From Oikopleura dioica (taxonomy: Eukaryota > Animalia > Chordata): a stretch of DNA of 64,000 bases. The translations under genes were made by a program, and so were the position numbers. The stretch is taken from contig OU015567.1 of assembly GCA_907165135.1 (NCBI GenBank), positions 6,262,001 to 6,326,000 of the forward strand, written 5' to 3'. The notes beneath the pieces were generated by a model. That model did not search any database. It was not told where the DNA came from and saw only the letters and a list, made by a program, of their open reading frames with translations. This document shows, in pieces, positions 51,409-64,000 of this stretch. The first letter of the stretch is position 1, and the number at the start of each line of letters is the position of its first letter.

Positions 51409-52281
51409 ATGAAACTTTTCGGATTTTTCGCTGTTTCTTCCGCTTTCGCCAACCAAGAACTGTACGAGATGTTCGACAATAGCCAGATCGCCGAGAGTGC
51501 GAGAACAGGAACCAACAACGTGAACCAGTTCACGATGTTCTACGCCCAGATGGCAAATATGCCCAACTTTCTTGATTTCGCCGCCCAAGAATGGAACTAC
51601 GGATGCTGGGGACAAATCGACGGGGTCGAAGCGCGCCCTGGTCATGGAGAAGCGATCGATGTGATTGACCAGCTCTTCCAGGACTGGGTCAAGTGCAAGG
51701 AGTGCATGAGCATGGACTTTACCGACTCCTGTGACATCGACAACGTCGCCTACGAGGTAAGTTAATCTCATTCTAACTTGAAAATTAACTCCTAAAGGTC
51801 GGCATGGATCCCGCAACTGGTCGAATCGAGTGCTCAGGAAACTCAGGCTGCCCAAAAGCTCGATGCGATTGCGATGAGACCCTCGCTTTCGGAATCATCG
51901 AGAACTGGGACTCGTACAATCCAGAAAACGAACCACAGGTAAAATCTCTCTCCTGATATACTCCTCCTGAACCTTTCAAGAATGGCTTTGATTTCGATGC
52001 TTCCTGCCAGCCTCATCCAAAAACGCCAACAAGTGGAGGCGCCGGTGGCTCCTGCACCAACGTTGGCGACAATACCAGACGATGCTGTGGCGAGTATCCA
52101 AAGGAACGGGTCAAAATTATAATTCTAAAAAAAAAGAATGAAAAATTGACCACGAAATTAGCGATTTCCGTACGACGACAAGGCTGGCTGCTTTCTGTGC
52201 TGCGACAGCGCCGGCAAGATTTTCAACATCAACCGACACGGCTGCTGCGGAGATGTTCTTGGTACCGTCGGTTGCGTCTAG
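51409..52281 (+). CDS. Secreted phospholipase A2-like protein with Cys-rich C-terminal extension, probably catalytically inactive
   Basis: Signal peptide; NYGCWG, G.G..IDVIDQ, CDCDETLA and CCGEYPKRFPY motifs; three introns, the last read as GA-AG. Confidence 0.8.
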
Positions 52282-52589
52282 AATGTCTAGACTACTAGAA
52301 TGCTTATGAAACTACTTTCGAAACAATTCCAAAACTGATTCTTTCCACAAATGGAAAATTGAAAAAACATCTTCTGTTTATAAATAATATTTTTTTGCTG
52401 TCAATAAAACTTTTATACAAAATAAGTTCGGTCTCCTCTTTTCCTGCAATTTTTGTATACTGAAAAGAAAAGTCAAAAATCGAATGTTGAGTTTGATAGG
52501 ATTTATTTAGAGAAAAATTATAAAAAAAAGACCATTGTGTTATCCGTAAAAAGGCAGTGAAAAATGTGAAATGTAAATAATGAAGGTAT

Positions 52590-55500
52590 TTAAAATTCTT
52601 CGACTTCAGCTTGAGCAATGCTCTCGTCGATGGAAATGTCCAGCGGTATCGAATCGCCAAATTCAAACTCGAACTCGTCTTTGGACTCTTTTGGCGTCAC
52701 TTTCATTTGAGAAGTGCCGGAGGTTGAAGGTCTTGCTTTCTCAGTGGCCTCGTCTTCGTCCGATGAAACCTGCCATTCGAGACTGAAGTCGTCGGATAGC
52801 ATATGTTGTGAGAGAGTAGGATCACTGTCTTGTGACTTTTGTGGTTTGGGGAAATATGGCGAGACGGAACCAGTTGATGAGTGAGGAGCGTCCAGGTTGT
52901 GTAGATTACGATTAACGAAGCCAGCTGGTCCAGTTCGTTGGTCCATCTCCATTGATTCCGCAGATCGAGTCATCTCCCAGGAACGTCGCTTTGGTTCTGG
53001 AGTTGATACGATCTTTTCATGGGTTTTTATCTATCAATTTTTATCGAGAAATCAAGGAAGAGATTCGACCCATTCCTTCGGCTCCTCAAGATTCGATCTC
53101 CTCTGATTCACAGTACTTGAGTCTCGCTCCAAAGGTCGCTTTTTTGTCGACGGATCTTTAAAAGGTTGGTTCACCTTTGCGTTTGGTTTGTTGAAAAGTG
53201 GAGCCATTTTCTGTGGGAGAATATTCTCTTTGCTTTCCTCTTTTCCGACTTTGACGTGTCGGCGGTTTTTCTGTAGGGTCGACTCTTTTCGGTTGACATT
53301 TCTTGCGTTTTGCTGCGCTGCCCGAGCTTCACTCAAGGGTCTGGGACGGGTGATCTTGCCACGCTTTTGGAAAGCTTCCATTTTCTTGAAAAATGCGCGA
53401 AGTTGGCCTATTGCTTGTTTGCTTGGCTACAGAGGGTTTTAAGACTTGTCTTCAATTAAAAATGAATTACTTTTATTTAATACAATATCAATTAAAACCC
53501 TTGGCAATACTCTATGGTTACGTTTAACCCACTCAGGCATCAGATTAAAAGCATCATTGTTGCCTCTATTTTGGAATCTCGTGTCCATGTAAATAATTGC
53601 GCCAAAATCATTCTTGTGTCGGATAATTCGGCCGACGGCTTGGTTGATTGCTCGAATAGCTTCGATCCCGTACCATTTGTTTCCGTCAGTGATGCCCCGA
53701 CCTGCCTTTTTGCGGTTGTTGAGGTATTCTTTCTTGAGCATCACTTTTGGGTCCTTCGCCGGAGCGTACGGAATTCCTAAATAAAATATTGATTCATTGG
53801 GTTTCCAAGGTGGAATACCTGTAATGATGACGACTCTCCCTCTACAGTCAGCAAAGTCAACACCTTCGGACATTTTTCCTCGACAGACTCCGTTGAAAAT
53901 AGCTCCTTTCACTTCATCAGGACCCTTCTTTTCATCCTCTTCTAGCTCGCGTTCGAAGTTCTCCGTCATCCTTTCGAGTTCGTATTTGCCGCTTGGCTCG
54001 AGAAAGACGGGCACACCGAAGTCGTTTTTGTATGTAGCATTTCTTTTATCCAGCCCCCAGAAATCTTTAGAAATCTTCATCAGAGAATAGGTTGGGTGAA
54101 AAATGAGCATCCCTCCTGGCGAAACTTTTTTCAGCTCTTCTACAAACAGGTTTAACAGAACGATAAAAGAACTCAAGCTTACTAATAATTTCGGCGTATT
54201 TTTGAAACATGTTCCTATCGGTGCGATTTCTGAAGACGTTCAGAAACTCTGCTCCTTCAGTTCCTGTCAAAGTCGCGACGAATAACTGCGCTGGATCGAT
54301 GACGTGAGTGTTAGTCAACTGAATCGTCTTCAGCTGATGTTTTTGATCGAGGCCCAAAGAGTTGATATACTCGTCCAGAGGTGAGAGCGTTCCGGATGTC
54401 AGGATCAGGTTGTACGCCGCCTCACCCTTGAAAAATGCTTTTGGTCGGTGTAATTGAAGATCTGTTTTTACCTTGGTAAGATAGTCAATCGCATAGGATG
54501 CATTGAAGCACCAAATCTTGATCTCCATGTCTGTAGAGTCGTTTTCCTCGGGAACCATTTGAATTCGATAGTTTCTGAAAACCCTTTATACTAACAGAAA
54601 ATAAAACTGCGACTCACTCATATTCTTCTCTGTTCTTTGCAAGTCTAGTCATATCTTCGATCATAAATGCAAACTCCTCAAAGCTCGTTCCCGACAGGCC
54701 CGTGCGATCCTGCCCATCAGAAAAGAACTTCACGACTTGCTCGGCCAAGGCTAGCCATCGTGTGACACCAAATTTGAACATTCCGGCTTGCCTAAGATCT
54801 TGAATGAATTTCGCCACCGGGTAGCCTTTTCCGTCTTTCCCGGCGTTTTGTACATCATCGACGACCTCCATTTGATAGCGGTTGTTCAATCCGTCGATGT
54901 CTAAAAAAGGCTTTCTTTTTATTGAGGAGAAATATTTTACCTCTTGTTAAATCGTCAAGCTCGGCGTGGGTAAATCGTTCCGCACCTGCTTCATTATTTC
55001 GAGCAACTTTATCTCTTGCTTTTGCAAGCTCGTCATGAGCGATTTGCATCATTTTGAGCGTCAAATAATGCGATGAGCTTTCTTCGCAGACTTGCTCGAC
55101 ATTGTGGGCTTCATCGAGAATGATGATCTTGTTGCCGATTTCGAAGCTGTTCCTTCGTCGAATCTTCGTGTCCAAAATGTAGTTGTAGGGCATCAAAAGG
55201 ATTTCAACCGAATCTGCTTTGCCTCGCGAAAGGTAGTAGCTGCAGACTTTTTTCTCCTCCTTTTGTCCAGCGGCTATTGGTCTCTCGCTGCACCACGAGA
55301 CAAGCTCTTCAATGTCCATAATTTCCTCCAACTCTTCTTTGATTTGCCGTTCGTTTTGTCGGTTCTCTTTTTCTTTCAGGAACTTTTTCATATGCTCTTC
55401 GGATCTAGTTTCATCATTTCCAGGAAGTGGAAGAGTTAAAGGCCCCTGATGATCGCGGCCGATGATTCCAAGGACTTTGTCCGCTTCTCTTTTGTGCGGA

Positions 55501-56008
55501 CAACCACCATTCTTCCTCAATCTTCTGCACTCATTCTGCTGCTCCGAATTCGTCTTTATTCGCTTCACTTCGTCGTTGACGCACAGCGAGCTTCTCCCAC
55601 CAACAACAGTCATGTCGATTCTATAGCCGCAGACGTCTCGGAGTTTTCTCAATTCTGATACAACTTGCGTCAGCTGTGAGTGTGTTCGGGATGCGTAGAT
55701 GACACTCGGAACTTTGGATCGTTTCGGATCACTGATGCCCGGAACTTTGAGTTTGTGCGGGTTTTTCTTGGCCCAAACGCGGAAGGCGATTACAGAAGCG
55801 AGGAGGCAAAGGGTCTTTCCGGTACCCGTCGGGGACTCGAGCACAGCATGGTTTCTGCAAAGAAATAAGCAACTTCCAGATATTCTTGAGCTAACCTGTT
55901 CACGAGAGATTCTACACATTTCTCTATGTACGCCTCTTGCGCTGGATACGGATCGTATGGAAAGCGGACATCAACGCCATGAAAATTCAAAGTCTTGAAC
56001 CCCGCCAT
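52590..56008 (-). CDS. RTEL1: Regulator of telomere elongation helicase 1 (Fe-S SF2 helicase)
   Basis: VRFPYDPYPAQ, LESPTGTGKTLCLL, YASRTHSQLTQ, four Fe-S Cys, DEAHN, LTSGTLSP, CRGKMSEGVDF and QAVGRIIRHKNDFG; the N-terminus resembles RTEL1 more than FANCJ/DDX11. Confidence 0.88.
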
Positions 56009-56871
56009 TTTTTTCAACTGACGACTCTTGAGTTCGCACGAAACCGGATTCAAAAAACAACTTATGCTTTTCGCATCTTCTAGAAACTGTTGCGTTAGCT
56101 TCATAAAAATACAGTCCACTAATTATTGAATTTCAGCCTAATTGATTGATGAATGCTTCGATTCAAATTTCTGGATTGAAAATTCGGAAGCTGATGCTCT
56201 TTTTCATGCTGGATGCTAAGTATTCGACTTGGACTTCATGATTTCCTGCTTCAAAATTGCCGAAACCTGCGTGAAGAAAACACGAAAATTGAGAACTACA
56301 TGAACTTGTTCGGATTCAGTAAGTCAGATGAAAGTAGAAAAGGTCAGCGTTACTAAATATACCGTAATAATAATACCGTAGTTATTTTTCCACACTTGAC
56401 AATTGTAATAATTCAATCGTTTCAAACTTATAAAAAATTAGCATGATCGTTTCTTTTTTCTTTTAAAAATTGTGCTAGAGTTTTCTTTTTCTTTTGTTTT
56501 GCCAAGTTTGGGAAAGAGCCGATTTCGATTTTGTTTAGTTTGATAGGGTTTTGTTGAAATATGGAGTTTTTCAAACGCTTTTAGAAAAATAGGGACAAGA
56601 TGTAAATGAGCAGTTGATTATTTGTAATCCAGCCTGTGGATCGTTCAACTCATTTCAGGGGAGATATAAAAAGGGAAAGCCGAGAAGCCAGTCTTGGCGA
56701 AAATGGTTCGTACAGGGGAACTCATCAAAGTTGTTGATTTTGGTGGGCAGGAGAGACAGATTCAATAAATGGAGGACACGCATCGGAAGACCTTCTGACC
56801 CGCAGAATAACCACTTGAATCTGAAGGCGATTTTTAGGCGACGAAATTGTTCGAAATCTCTACCTTTTGGG

Positions 56872-57889
56872 TTAGTTGTTTTGTTGTCGTGGAGGAGCAA
56901 GCTTCGCCCGCTTGGCAAGACATTCTCTCCAAGCCTGCGCGCCCAGAGACTTTTCAAAGTGACTGTCAAGTGATGCCGCCACCTTTAACAAACATATAAG
57001 TAAATGTTCAACGACTCGATTCTCTTACATTCTGATCGACGTAAACTGTGTGTGGCCGTTTCTTCTCCGTTCGTCGAGGAGTCGCGACTGGACTGGCAAC
57101 GATTGGGGAGCCAAGGGAGCGGCGGAAATGACCTTCTACTTTTGCACTGGGAGATTCTTGGTCGGGCACTTTCTTTGGGCGCATTTTGACGAGAGTGATC
57201 TGTTTTGGGACGATTCTGCTCGAGTCCTGGGCGATTAGTTGGGTTGGCACGGCAATTGGCTGCGGACTAGAATTTATTTTAGTTTGATGTTACTATTATG
57301 AAGGCATTCTTGATTTTTGGTTTTTAATGTACCTTTGTTTAGGAGGCGTGGAAACGCAAATCTCTTCTTTGGGAAGAATTATCGCTCGTTCCTCTGTGGG
57401 AGTAGAAACTGCTGATCCAAGACTTGATCCTAAAGCAGAGCCAGGCGAGCTTAACGACGGCACAGGAGAGGACATAGGCGCTAGGGTCAGCTTATTAGGC
57501 GGCACTGGAGGAGCCACGCCGAGCGCACTAGCGTAGGGGCTCAGCCCCAAGCTCGGCGCGCCAGGAAGATATTGCGGGATGAAGACGCTGGCGTAGCGGG
57601 CAGCCTCGGCAGTGCCAATCGGGACCGGTACGTATACGATATTAGTACGCGGGAGATAATGCTGATGTCCAGCAGCGAGCGCGGCGTAGGGCGACTGGAC
57701 GTGTTGTTCAAGCGCGGCGAGGGAGGCCTCCTGGAGCTGTGTTTGGGCAGCGATGGTCTTGAAAAACGATGAGTCAAGGAGAAAGGTCTCGTTTCTTACC
57801 TTTTTCTGTTCCTCCTGCATAAGTTCCCTGTACTGCATGAGTTCCGCCGCGGCGCAGAGATCGGCCAGCCGGTTCTCTGTTCCCATCAT
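56872..57889 (-). CDS. VGLL4: Vestigial-like 4 (two Tondu motifs)
   Basis: KVEGHFRRSLG and SLDSHFEKSLGAQAW correspond to the two TDU motifs; three GT-AG introns; low-complexity N-terminus. Confidence 0.82.
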
Positions 57890-58250
57890 CCCTCCAGGGG
57901 AGTGTGAATCCTATATTCTAAAAGAAAAAATTCAGAAGAGCAAGAAATAATTGAATAAAGCGAATTTGAATTATGAATAGTAAGAATAATGAACGAAAAT
58001 TGAACAGAAAATCGAAAAAAGGTAGAAGCACATTTGTTTTCTCTTGAAAACGGCGAACCAGCGCCGGAAACTTTTAAAATTGAACTCTTATTTTGTGAAA
58101 ACAGGATGATTTTTTGGATTTTGAGATTTTTCCTTGAATGGATGGTGCACAATAAAATTGAGTTATTCGGAAATTGTGAATAAGCGTTTTATGTGACATT
58201 TGCTATTCGGAAACTGAAATCATGAATAGTTGGGTCATTAGAAAGTAATT

Positions 58251-61200
58251 TCACGAGCGCTTGTGTGATTCTCTGTTTTTGATGCTCTTTATCGTTCGCT
58301 CGTACAAATCGCGCTCCTTCATGTACCAGGTCGGCGGCCATCTCTCCTTCTCGATAATCACTCGTTTCGCCTCCGCGAGCTCGAGGAATTGCTCCTTGTG
58401 GAAGGCATCAATCTCGTTGAAGTTGACGGACAAGTGGCGCGTTATGAAGGCGGCGAGTCTTGTCAGAGGCTACTACGATGGGATTTTTGAGGGGATGAGT
58501 CGGTCGCCCGTGGGCACGATGATTCCATGACTCGGACTTTACTCAACTGAATTTAATTTAATATTTGTTCAGTCTGATTGATAGCTCATTCAGCCCACAT
58601 AGTTCATTGTCCTTTATTGTTTAGCCTCTTTCCTATTAGCATGGTGTTGTTCAGCAAGTTCAAGGGCAGTCATACTGAACTGGAGGCCGATATTGGTCGG
58701 GGAGGTTCGAATACGCTCGATGATCTGCGCCTCAAGCTTCGTAAAAACTCCGTCATGCAGAGGCGCGAGGCGGCGGAGATGAGCTGAATCAGCAGCTTCG
58801 TCGGGGTCGACCAGTCCGGCATGACACGTGCGTAGATCCAGCGACAGCACTCGCGCAACTCGTCCTTTGTCAAGTCCGTCATTCGTATTGAAGACAGCGA
58901 TGACTCACGCCAGTGTCCTGATGTAATAAAATTTTAATTTATTCATAAATACTGGTAGTAAAGCCGGTAAAGCTTTCTGGAGGAGACATTTTTAATAGCG
59001 CAGACTTCCGTCAACACTTACCTATTAACATGGCGTTCATGAGTTCAGATCCCGCTGCCAGGAGAATCCTATGAGCCTTGATCGCTCCATCGTCGGCGAT
59101 TAACGTCACATCGGAGTACTTTCCAGTGTTGAACATGTTGAGCCTTGCAGCTCGCGATTCAACTGTGGAAAATATTCTCGGATCATTTGAGTATCCTCTT
59201 GAGTGGTAAATTAGTCGGATGAAATCTTCATCAAACTCTTCCTCTAAAGTGGAATTATAAGTAATTAGTCAGCCGTTTTTCCTTCTTAGAAAGTGCTTAA
59301 AACTAGTCACGTGCTCGTAAAGCCTACATTCTGGATGAATCGGACGCTGCGTCACTGATTTTATTTGCGCAGACGCGAGAGCTAAAATTAAACAAGTGGG
59401 AAACATAATAATAGGAATTTCTATTTTCCTACTAATTTTATCGCCAGGCAGGTGAACTTACCAGAAGAAACTCTGGTCCGAGACGCCAAAATGCAGCGAT
59501 GAAGTGGAATGGAGCATTGGCCACTGTTGCTATCGCTGTATCGCTCGTAGTCAAAGAAAGTGTCAAACGCTGGCAGCTCGCATTCAGGCAGTTCTGGCGA
59601 AGAAGGCGGGGCCGGAAGTGCGAGACGCTTTGATCCCTCGGCCATTTGCGAGTCTGAATCCGGCGGCATCGGAGGGAGAAGAGGCGGCTGTGGCAAGGGA
59701 CGCTAAAAATACATTCATCATTCTTGAAGGCTTTTTTACAACTTTGTTAAAAATAAACCCGGCTGTTAGAGCATTAGACGATGAAAAGTTGTAACTTTAA
59801 ATTGCAAATAATTGACTAAATTGCATACTTTCAGATCTTTGTTTGACAAATCACAGCGAACTACCATTCCTAACGGACCCTTTTTGTCTACACTTCACAT
59901 TCCGGAAGGGACAAAGTGTGTCACTTTCGGTCAGACACTGTAAGTCAAGCACATGTTATCAGGAACTTGGCTCGCGAAAAAATTAGCGCGAAGTGCGCGA
60001 GAAAGCTTCTCGCTTATTATCACATTTATTTTTGGTTAGTTTTTGTCTCTCTCGCAAAATCCAAACAACGTTGACTTTGGCCCAACAACGCGGAATTGGA
60101 TATCCGTTGCGGAATCTGGCTATCTTTTATGCTTCTCTAAATATTGTACTTGTAAGATTTTCTACGAGCTTTTTACTTTTTCGTTGCATCATCATATTTA
60201 TGCTTGCACTTGACGTAAAAAGGTCACGAAGGTGCAGAAGCTCATGCAATTTCGAATGCTTTGATGAGGCTTTCAAGAACAAGTCTTCCAAAAGGGATTA
60301 ACTCGAAAACTACTTTATGATTTTAGCCATAAAGTGTCCAAAAGCCTTGATTGCGGTTTAATTATTAATTACCAAAATGTATTAAAACCCGTTTCCCAGG
60401 CAATAAAAACTTTCCCAGCTATCCGGTATTTATCCATTGATCATTTTTATATTATCATTATCTTATTTTTAAAAAAGCTCCGACAGCGCCAGTCAGCAGT
60501 ATTTTTTAATTCAAGGGTCAGTTAGGTCTAGGCGGAAGGTAGACCTCACGCAGGAGACCGCAGGGATCAACCTGGCCAAGGGCACATTGCTCTCATCTGA
60601 CGGATTAGAATAAATTCAATTAGATACCGTTAGCTAAGCCACCTTAATGAGCCCTTGACAATGGGAGGGTTTTTATTCTCACGTTGGCGTGCCGCACTAA
60701 TTTATTCATCGATAAGTAAAGACTTTTGTCCTCCATCCAGTATCTATTTTGAGAAGAATAAGGCAATGTTTGAGTAGTTACAGGGCGGAATTTCCGCATT
60801 ACCAGACTTGAGTGTCTCAATACCCCAATGTCAAATATTTTCACACTCGTTGGTTACCCAAGTGCTTACAAATGGAGCTTAGGGGGAGAATTAGGGGCTA
60901 TAAATTCCTGGCAATACAAACTAGAAACATTTGGGCGGTGTTTGTCAGCAATTAGGCCCGTAAAAATTCTATTGCGGACAAAGCTGAACCGGAAAGCCCG
61001 TCTTGAATTATTGAAAATCAACAAAAAGCAAAAGCAATTCGCTTGGTTTGTTTTTGTTTTGTTAAAATTCACCAGCGTCAAGGTTTAAAAAACGGCTTAG
61101 CAGTGCTGTAATTTCAAATTTAGGTCGATCAAAAGGGGAAATTGGGATCAAGGAAGAGTACCTTTCTTTTGATGGCTGGACATTTTCATGGTCGTAGAAA

Positions 61201-63894
61201 AGTTTCAAATCTCTTGAATATAATTTCAACCAGCTCTAGGAATGTTAGCTCTTTTGAAGGAGAGGGAGAGAGTGTGTCTCTCAATTTTGGGGGCATCATA
61301 AGCGCCCCCGTCGCCCCACAGCGCTAACGCCAGTACGTGATTCATATGTTTTCTTCGACTATTGAGAAGAAAAAAAAACGAATAAAAGACCATTTGAAAG
61401 CTTCTCTCCGAGGCGCATTCCACTTCATCCCCTCTCTATCGGGCGACCTTCGCGTTTCGCTTATGCTGAGCGCGTCACTCAGCATGTTCTATTCCTCGGG
61501 GCAAAACTCGAAATTATATTAGTAAGGCGCCAGTAAAGTCTTTTGACATTTTTGCCCTCGGAATCGCGGATTTAGAGCTTATCAAATGATTTCATGACAT
61601 TTTTGAATCTGTCTATCCAAAAACATAAACTTAAAAATGATCCGTTTTCATGAAACATTGAAAATCCGCGATTTCGAAATTTTGTTGTTGAAATGAGAAG
61701 ATTCTTCTATTTGAAATCTTCTATTTGAAATTCTGCTACAACAAACAAGGGAAGAAGTGTCCTTGAGGGAGGATTCTTGAATGACATTTAGTATCAATCA
61801 AATAAAGCTCCATTTGATATGAAAATACGAGTTAAAACCGGAAGGGCATCCCGGTTGTTATCAGTTGAGCCACCAACAGACCCGGGCGATAAGCTACTCA
61901 ACTAGGGCATTTAGATAAGCTACTCAGTGAAGGCTACCTCTGAATAAAGGAATAAAACTCGAGGGTTGTTCAAAATTAAAAAAATAAAGACTCGAGCGAT
62001 GATGGTATCATGGGATTTGGGGACAAGGGTGAGGTTTGTTGAGGTGATGCTGAAGTGGACTTGTACTCACCTGGACGGACTTGAGATGGGAGCGCCAAAA
62101 GCGCCTTCTGGTCAGCAGCGCGGCGCGAATGGCATTCGTGAACAGATCTTCAATGCCGTCGCCAGTGACGACCGAAGTTTCGTAGTACGGTAAAGACAGC
62201 TAAAAAAGCAACTTGTTAAAACTCAAAACTTTTCAAAGAAAGAAAAACCAGGAAGGTGTCTCTTTCAACAAGCGGAAGAGCGAAATTGTAATGCGGTGTT
62301 GAAATAAGGTCAGGGCGAATTGAAGCTTTGAACTCAAATAGGGCTTTTCCCGCCTATTCGAGCACTTATTTCTGGAATTTTCTAGTATCTAAACTGTACT
62401 TAGCCGTCCGTCTGGCGGGCCTAACGGAAGCAAAGTCCCAGCTCTTATCAAAACTATCTCGAAGCTATCGAAGCTCAAGAGTGACTGTAACTACCATCAT
62501 TCGAAAATTAAAAGCTCCCGGTCGCCCTTGACGACACCCATCACTATCGAATAATACTGGCATAATGCGAAATTCCGCGGGAAGCAAAGTCGCTGCCGCG
62601 TTAATTAAATATTTTCGAAAATCTTTCAAATATTTTGAAAATTAAGTTCCCTTCAAAAAAAAAAGTCTGAATTGATTTACCTCGGTAGCAACGGCGCGTC
62701 CTTGCCAGGGGTACAAAAGATCATCCTGATAAACCTATCAATCACGTGTTAAATTGTCAGAAAATGGATTCAACCTTGGTGGCAAGCTGACCGCAGCGCG
62801 CGTTGAACTCTTCCAAATTGCAGTGGCGGAGGTCGGCTTTGCACCCAACGACGAAATGAGGCACAGATTTACGATGCTGCCGAGCTTCGTGGATCCAGAA
62901 ATTCTAGTAAGCCGCTCTTCATAGGATTCTATACATGTTCCGGTCGCCCGGAAGTTCAAATGGATCAATTTACAGTGAAAAAGGGCAATTTTCCTGAACA
63001 CTCGCCTCCGGGCAAGTGACATTTGCCCTTTTTGGCTGTTCAATAAATCTCTCTTTCGTGGCAAATAGAAAGCCACAGGGCACGCAAATCCGCTACTGTA
63101 CAAAAACAACAAAGCTTTACGCTCGGAAGTAACACTACAAAAATGACAGTACGAAAATAATTTTTTCTAAAGCGGCGCCTTGATGTTGCGCAGCGAGTTC
63201 TCTGACGCAATGGAAAAGCACAAAAGAACAACATCCGCGTGCCCAAACGCTAAAACAAATTAATTGATCACACGCGCTGCTTCCCCTTGTGAAAATAATC
63301 CGCAGCGACTCCGCCGAGTTAGAAAATAAACGCTTGACAGGTTAAGACTTTCACAAGACGTTATCGCTGATTCGGGGGAGCGCCTTACCGAATCTGCGGT
63401 CGCGATCATGGGCGCCAAATGTATCCCAAAGTCGGTGGCTGTTCCAGAGTTCACAAACTTTCACCTTGAAATCAACAAAGAGAACAGTAGGCCCGAGGTC
63501 AGCTAACAATGGACAATCGCAATCGAGCTTGTTTTAGTGAACTCTGTCCTTACAAGAACATTATCAACCTTCGTATATGAATTGAAGAGCACAGCGGAAT
63601 CTTGTCGATACTAAAACAAATGATATTCAAAAATGAAAGCTCGCTACCATTTATTGTGTAATAAAATACATGATAAGCTGGACTTGGCCGACCTCTGCCG
63701 CTGAGCAAATATTTTCAAACATTCAGCAGGCAGTTCAAAAAAGTGCGAAGGTCTCGAGGATTTACCTGATCGATTGCCCAGACTGATGAAGCATGAGCAG
63801 GAGTGCGAATTTTATCCAGCGAGTAGGTCTTTCGATACGCTCTGGAACAGATCAGCCGTGTTTTTCCAACATTGACATCGCCCACGACGACAAT
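58251..63894 (-). CDS. RHOBTB: RhoBTB atypical GTPase / CUL3 adaptor (5' end beyond window)
   Basis: [58 protein letters not shown]2 KYSDVT..AHRILL and C-terminal [16 protein letters not shown]; needs +1 T at 58743-47. Confidence 0.92.
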
Positions 63895-64000
63895 CTTAAA
63901 GAAAACCTCAATTCTTTTTTAAAGATTCGGAAAATGATCGATGAATCAAAAATAACAAGATCGCGAAAAATTGAATCTATCTAAATATTTTTCGTGTAAT

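Noticed and set aside
58490-58545. ACTCATCCC on the minus strand, resembling the start of the O. dioica spliced leader as I recall it
   Set aside because: Only a 9-nt match; no full leader, donor or Sm site; lies inside a RhoBTB intron.

Overview
Gene-dense, AT-rich eukaryotic DNA. Introns of 40-50 nt, GA/GC 5' splice donors, and co-oriented genes 90-270 nt apart with an AG acceptor just before each ATG point to the appendicularian tunicate Oikopleura dioica (inference, not a database result). In order: a SEPT2-group septin (+); a minus-strand operon-like run MCM7 > RPB1/POLR2A > FBXO16 > orphan coiled-coil gene > rhodanese > DHRS4 > TAF10; DNAAF11/LRRC6 (+); LRR1 (-); four tandem copies of an intronless ~500-aa orphan gene interleaved with two LRR1 pseudo-fragments and a TA-target MITE; COQ8 (+) carrying a 1063-bp foldback/Mutator-like palindrome inside a coding exon; an ankyrin gene; a CUB/EGF gene; a three-PDZ DLG-like gene hosting a nested antisense secreted-peptide gene; a probably catalytically dead sPLA2-like gene; RTEL1; VGLL4; and RhoBTB (5' end outside the window). 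Best leads: (1) the COQ8 foldback element, whose terminal repeats supply donor, branch point and acceptor and would leave a frame-preserving, stop-free footprint; (2) six phase-2 introns at the identical heptad position of the Pol II CTD, making frame-symmetric CTD cassettes; (3) the orphan, possibly F-box-like, tandem family; (4) the nested peptide gene. Several single-base deletions in homopolymer runs look like long-read assembly errors, which limits pseudogene calls. All gene models were spliced by eye and all homology calls are from recalled protein motifs.
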